Shown one piece after another: positions 7,712 to 10,961 of a stretch of DNA of 10,961 bases. The position numbers and the translations under genes were made by a program. Location of the stretch: the UHGV virus genome UHGV-1794807; one strand, 5' to 3'. The notes beneath the pieces are model-generated. The model did no database searches. It was not told where the DNA came from and saw nothing but the letters and a program-made list of their open reading frames with translations. This DNA comes from a virus. Numbering within the stretch: position 1 is the first letter of the stretch; each line of letters starts with the position of its first letter.

Positions 7712-7927
7712 ATGAGTACGATAGCTGAGCTTGTCAGGGCTAATTTTCGTGAAGAGTTGGTGCGTTGGTATCGGTATCGTTCATCGTCAAGTTTGCCGCT
7801 TGATGAGTTGTATGAGCATTCACCTGCCGCACGACGCTATCCGCGTGACCGTGTTCTTCGGCGGTTGTTCAGACTCAACAATGAGTTTCAGCGCAACAGA
7901 ATTATCCGGAGTCTGGATTTAAAGTGA
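7712..7927 (+). CDS. Hypothetical protein, 71 aa, Arg-rich
   Basis: ATG at 7712 with GGAGG 8 nt upstream. No recognisable motif; not lambda Ren. The overlapping 7731-7922 ORF in another frame was not preferred (no SD). Confidence 0.45.
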   Translation: MSTIAELVRANFREELVRWYRYRSSSSLPLDELYEHSPAARRYPRDRVLRRLFRLNNEFQRNRIIRSLDLK

Positions 7928-7937
7928 AGGAGTGAGC

Positions 7938-8174
7938 ATGAGCGACCTATCATTGACCCAGCCAAAGCTAAAAGAATGTCCGTTTTGCGGCGGTAATGCT
8001 CGTCTGTGGGTTGAGGCCGGAATAAATATTGATGTGTGGGGCTATGCAGAATGTGACCTCTGTGAAGCCAGGGGGGCATGGGCACCATCAGTTGCTGCGG
8101 CGGCTGAAAAATGGAACCGGAGAGCAGGAGATGAAGCAAACCTTTCTGCTTCGCAACGAAGCAATCAGAAATAA
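7938..8174 (+). CDS. Lar-family restriction-alleviation-like protein
   Basis: MSDLSLTQPKLKECPFCGG...WNRRA: small protein with the CPFCGG and WNRRA signatures I recall for the Lar family. ATG at 7938 preferred over track GTG at 7932 (AAGGAG 5 nt upstream). Confidence 0.55.
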   Translation: MSDLSLTQPKLKECPFCGGNARLWVEAGINIDVWGYAECDLCEARGAWAPSVAAAAEKWNRRAGDEANLSASQRSNQK

Positions 8175-8577
8175 CGCCATAGACGCCATTCTCTCACTAC
8201 CCATCGACGACAAGTCACCCCACGAAGTCCACGTTAAAGAACCCAAGCGCAGCAAAGCGCAGAATGACCGTATGTGGCCGATGCTGAACGATGTTTCGCG
8301 TCAGGTGCTATGGCATGGTCAACGGCTGGCACCGGAAGACTGGAAAGACCTGTTCACTGCCCTGTGGCTTAAGACCAAAAAACTGGAGCAAAGAAGTGTG
8401 CCTGGTATCGACGGTGGCGTTGTCATGCTTGGCGTGCGTACCAGCAAAATGCGAAAGGCCAGCATGACTGAGCTTATCGAAATCATGTTCTGGTTCGGCT
8501 CAGAGCGCAACGTGCGGTGGAGTGATGACTCCCGGCGAGAGTATGAATGGTCACAACGAAAAGGGAAGGCTGCATGA
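8131..8577 (+). CDS. ninB: NinB (Orf-family recombination mediator)
   Basis: From internal ATG 8131 (RBS GAGCAGGAG): MKQTFLLRNEAIRNNAIDA...DVSRQV.WHG...W...WSD, colinear with lambda NinB. The track ORF start at 8029 is an in-frame upstream extension. Confidence 0.85.
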   Translation: MKQTFLLRNEAIRNNAIDAILSLPIDDKSPHEVHVKEPKRSKAQNDRMWPMLNDVSRQVLWHGQRLAPEDWKDLFTALWLKTKKLEQRSVPGIDGGVVMLGVRTSKMRKASMTELIEIMFWFGSERNVRWSDDSRREYEWSQRKGKAA

Positions 8578-9101
8578 CTATCAAATCAAATACGCCAGCA
8601 CACGACAAGGACTGCTGGCAAACGCCGCTTTGGCTTTTTGATGCACTGGATATTGAGTTTGGATTCTGGCTGGATTCGGCAGCGAGCGACAAAAATGCTC
8701 TGTGTGCTCACTGGCTAACTGAGGCCGACGACGCGCTCAATTCTGAGTGGGTAAGCCACGGTGCAATCTGGAATAACCCACCGTACAGCAATATCAGGCC
8801 GTGGGTGGAAAAAGCCGCTGAGCAGTGCATACAACAGCGACAGACGGTAGTGATGCTTGTGCCAGAGGATATGTCAGTCGGATGGTTCAGCAAGGCTCTG
8901 GAGAGTGTCGACGAAGTTCGCATTATCACTGATGGACGGATTAATTTTATCGAACCATCGACAGGGCTGGAGAAGAAGGGAAACAGCAAAGGCTCAATGC
9001 TGCTGATTTGGCGACCGTTCATCAGTCATCGACGGATGTTTACTACCGTATCCAAAGCGGCATTGATGGCGATCGGGCAGGGCGTCAGGAGGGCGGCATG
9101 A
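8574..9101 (+). CDS. Phage Dam-like N6-adenine DNA methyltransferase (orphan, no cognate nuclease seen)
   Basis: N-terminal [18 protein letters not shown] and catalytic NPPY motif (WNNPPYSN), typical of the small phage N6-adenine MTase family. ATG 8574 overlaps the ninB stop (ATGA); alternative start at 8547. Confidence 0.7.
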   Translation: MTIKSNTPAHDKDCWQTPLWLFDALDIEFGFWLDSAASDKNALCAHWLTEADDALNSEWVSHGAIWNNPPYSNIRPWVEKAAEQCIQQRQTVVMLVPEDMSVGWFSKALESVDEVRIITDGRINFIEPSTGLEKKGNSKGSMLLIWRPFISHRRMFTTVSKAALMAIGQGVRRAA

Positions 9102-9280
9102 GACGACAGCGACGAAGTATCACCGACATCATCTGCGAAAACTGCAAATACCTTCCAACGAAACGCTCCAGAAATAAACGCAAGCCAATCCCAAAAGAAT
9201 CTGATGTAAAAACCTTCAACTACACGGCTCACCTGTGGGATATCCGGTGGCTTAGAGAACGTGCGAGGAAAACAAGGTGA
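9098..9280 (+). CDS. ninE: NinE
   Basis: From internal ATG 9098: [60 protein letters not shown], near-identical to lambda NinE as recalled. Start overlaps the MTase stop (ATGA). Confidence 0.8.
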   Translation: MRRQRRSITDIICENCKYLPTKRSRNKRKPIPKESDVKTFNYTAHLWDIRWLRERARKTR

Positions 9281-9447
9281 TTGACCAAAATCGAAGTTAC
9301 GAACAAGAAAGCGTCGAGCGAGCTTTAACGTGCGCTAACTGCGGTCAGAAGCTGCATGTGCTGGAAGTTCACGTGTGTGAGCTCTGCTGTGCAGAACTGA
9401 TGAGCGATCCGAATAGCTCAATGTACGAGGAAGAAGACGATGGCTAA
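9277..9447 (+). CDS. ninF: NinF (small Cys-rich protein)
   Basis: GTG start at 9277 overlapping the ninE stop (GTGA). Translation [55 protein letters not shown] resembles lambda NinF as recalled. Absent from the ORF track. Confidence 0.6.
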   Translation: MIDQNRSYEQESVERALTCANCGQKLHVLEVHVCELCCAELMSDPNSSMYEEEDDG

Positions 9448-10051
9448 ACCAGCGCGAAGACGATGTAAAAACGATGAATGTCGGGAATGGTTTCACCCTG
9501 CATTCGCCAATCAGTGGTGGTGCTCTCCAGAGTGTGGAACCAAGATAGCACTCGAACGACGAAGCAAAGAACGCGAAAAAGCGGAAAAAGCAGCAGAGAA
9601 GAAACGACGACGAGAGGAGCAGAAACAGAAAGATAAACTTAAGATTCGAAAACTCGCCTTAAAGCCCCGCAGTTACTGGATTAAACAAGCCCAACAAGCC
9701 GTAAACGCCTTCATCAGAGAAAGAGACCGCGACTTACCATGTATCTCGTGCGGAACGCTCACGTCTGCTCAGTGGGATGCCGGGCATTACCGGACAACTG
9801 CTGCGGCACCTCAACTCCGATTTGATGAACGCAATATTCACAAGCAATGCGTGGTGTGCAACCAGCACAAAAGCGGAAATCTCGTTCTGTATCGCGTCGA
9901 ACTGATTAGCCGCATCGGGCAGGAAGCAGTAGACGAAATCGAATCAAACCATAACCGCCATCGCTGGACTGTCGAAGAGTGCAAGGCGATCAAGGCAGAG
10001 TACCAACAGAAACTCAAAGACCTGCGAAACAGCAGAAGTGAGGCCGCATGA
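9440..10051 (+). CDS. ninG: NinG (Rap-like recombination-associated endonuclease)
   Basis: 203 aa with Cys clusters (C..C...C..C, CISCG, CVVCN) and lambda nin synteny. Start overlaps the ninF stop, stop overlaps the ninH start (ATGA). Confidence 0.85.
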   Translation: MAKPARRRCKNDECREWFHPAFANQWWCSPECGTKIALERRSKEREKAEKAAEKKRRREEQKQKDKLKIRKLALKPRSYWIKQAQQAVNAFIRERDRDLPCISCGTLTSAQWDAGHYRTTAAAPQLRFDERNIHKQCVVCNQHKSGNLVLYRVELISRIGQEAVDEIESNHNRHRWTVEECKAIKAEYQQKLKDLRNSRSEAA

Positions 10052-10254
10052 CGTTCTCAGTAAAAACCATTCCAGACATGCTCGTTGAAGCATACGGAAA
10101 CCAGACAGAAGTAGCACGCAGACTGAAATGTAGTCGCGTTACGGTCAGAAAATACGTTGATGATAAAGACGGGAAAATGCACGCCATCGTCAACGACGTT
10201 CTCATGGTTCATCGCGGATGGAGTGAAAGAGATGCGCTATTACGAAAAAATTGA
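10048..10254 (+). CDS. ninH: NinH
   Basis: 68 aa [37 protein letters not shown]... (Fis-like HTH), same size and position as lambda NinH. Confidence 0.8.
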   Translation: MTFSVKTIPDMLVEAYGNQTEVARRLKCSRVTVRKYVDDKDGKMHAIVNDVLMVHRGWSERDALLRKN

Positions 10255-10915
10255 TGGCAGCAAATACCGAAATATTTGGGTAGTTGGCGATCTGCACGGA
10301 TGCTACACGAACCTGATGAAAAAACTGGAGACGATAGGATTCGACACCAAAAAAGACCTTCTTATCTCGGTTGGCGATTTGGTCGATCGCGGTACAGAGA
10401 ACGTTGAATGCCTGGAATTAATCACATTCCCCTGGTTCAGAGCTGTACGTGGAAACCATGAGCAAATGATGATTGATGGCTTATCAGAGCGTGGAAACGT
10501 TAATCACTGGCTGCTTAATGGCGGTGGCTGGTTCTTTAATCTCGATTACGACAAAGAAATTCTGGCTAAAGCTCTTGCCCATAAAGCAGATGAACTTCCG
10601 TTAATCATCGAACTGGTGAGTAAAGGAAAAAAATATGTCATCTGCCACGCCGATTATCCTTGTGATAAATACGAGTTTGGAAAGCCAGTTGATCATCAGC
10701 AGGTAATCTGGAACCGCGAACGAATCAGCAACTCACAAGACGGGATCGTAAAAGAAATCAAAGGAGCGGACACGTTCATCTTTGGTCATACGCCAGCAGT
10801 GAAACCACTCAAATTTGCCAACCAGATGTATATCGATACCGGCGCAGTGTTCTGCGGAAACCTCACTGAACCGCCCCGGGAATCCTGGAGACTAAACTTC
10901 CTGAGAAAGAGGTAA
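10232..10915 (+). CDS. ninI: Ser/Thr protein phosphatase (lambda PPase / NinI type), 3' end replaced by IS-derived sequence
   Basis: From ATG 10232: [25 protein letters not shown]...GDLVDRG...RGNHE, the metallophosphatase motifs, near-identical to lambda PPase until ...AVFCGNLT. The remaining 12 codons ([15 protein letters not shown]) are read from the IS terminus. Confidence 0.85.
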   Translation: MRYYEKIDGSKYRNIWVVGDLHGCYTNLMKKLETIGFDTKKDLLISVGDLVDRGTENVECLELITFPWFRAVRGNHEQMMIDGLSERGNVNHWLLNGGGWFFNLDYDKEILAKALAHKADELPLIIELVSKGKKYVICHADYPCDKYEFGKPVDHQQVIWNRERISNSQDGIVKEIKGADTFIFGHTPAVKPLKFANQMYIDTGAVFCGNLTEPPRESWRLNFLRKR

Positions 10916-10961
10916 ACAGGATGACTAAAAATACTCGTTTTTCCCCCGAAGTCCGTCAACG
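10867..10961 (+). mobile_element. Left end of an IS3-family insertion sequence (IS629/IS1203/IS3411-like), continues beyond the window
   Basis: Terminal sequence TGAACCGCCCCGGGAATCCTGGAGACTAAACTTCCTGAGAAAGAGG followed by an OrfA start MTKNTRFSPEVRQ..., matching the IS629-type left end as recalled. Junction coincides with loss of lambda PPase homology. Confidence 0.75.
10921..10961 (+). CDS. IS3-family transposase OrfA, N-terminal fragment (truncated by window end)
   Basis: ATG at 10921 with SD AGAGG; translation MTKNTRFSPEVRQR. Confidence 0.7.
   Translation, partial: MTKNTRFSPEVRQ

Noticed and set aside
8029-8130. Upstream 34-codon extension of the NinB ORF
   Set aside because: The conserved NinB N-terminus begins at the internal Met (MKQTF) with its own RBS; the extension overlaps the Lar-like gene in another frame.
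7731-8139. ORFs 7731-7922 (+) and 7888-8139 (-)
   Set aside because: Overlap the preferred 7712-7927 ORF and the Lar-like gene in alternative frames; no SD, and the nin operon is rightward.
8319-9232. Minus-strand ORFs 8319-8510, 8483-8692, 8708-9022, 9026-9232
   Set aside because: Antisense to NinB, the methyltransferase and NinE, which have conserved motifs or lambda identity.
10014-10205. 63-aa minus-strand ORF
   Set aside because: Antisense across the ninG/ninH junction.

Overview
This window is the immunity, replication and nin region of an integrated lambdoid prophage (enterobacterial; all homology calls are from reading the translations and recalling known families, no search was run). 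Gene order is: convergent hypothetical ORF, N-type antiterminator (non-lambda type), nutL, OL/pL, a ParA/MinD-like ATPase cassette, cI, OR/pR/pRM, cro, nutR, cII-like, O-like initiator with internal iteron origin, DnaB-type helicase interrupted by an intein, Lar-like protein, NinB, Dam-like methyltransferase, NinE, NinF, NinG, NinH, and a lambda-type Ser/Thr phosphatase whose 3' end is replaced by an IS629-like element. cI, cro and the six operators are near-identical to lambda as I recall them, but where lambda carries rexA-rexB there is instead a single ParA/MinD-like ATPase gene. It sits between two intrinsic terminators, with its own strong RBS and five tandem 19-bp repeats upstream. This cassette is the best candidate for an undescribed prophage-encoded exclusion/defence or partition-derived function. 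The second notable item is the helicase intein, which carries a LAGLIDADG homing endonuclease and begins with Ala rather than Cys/Ser.
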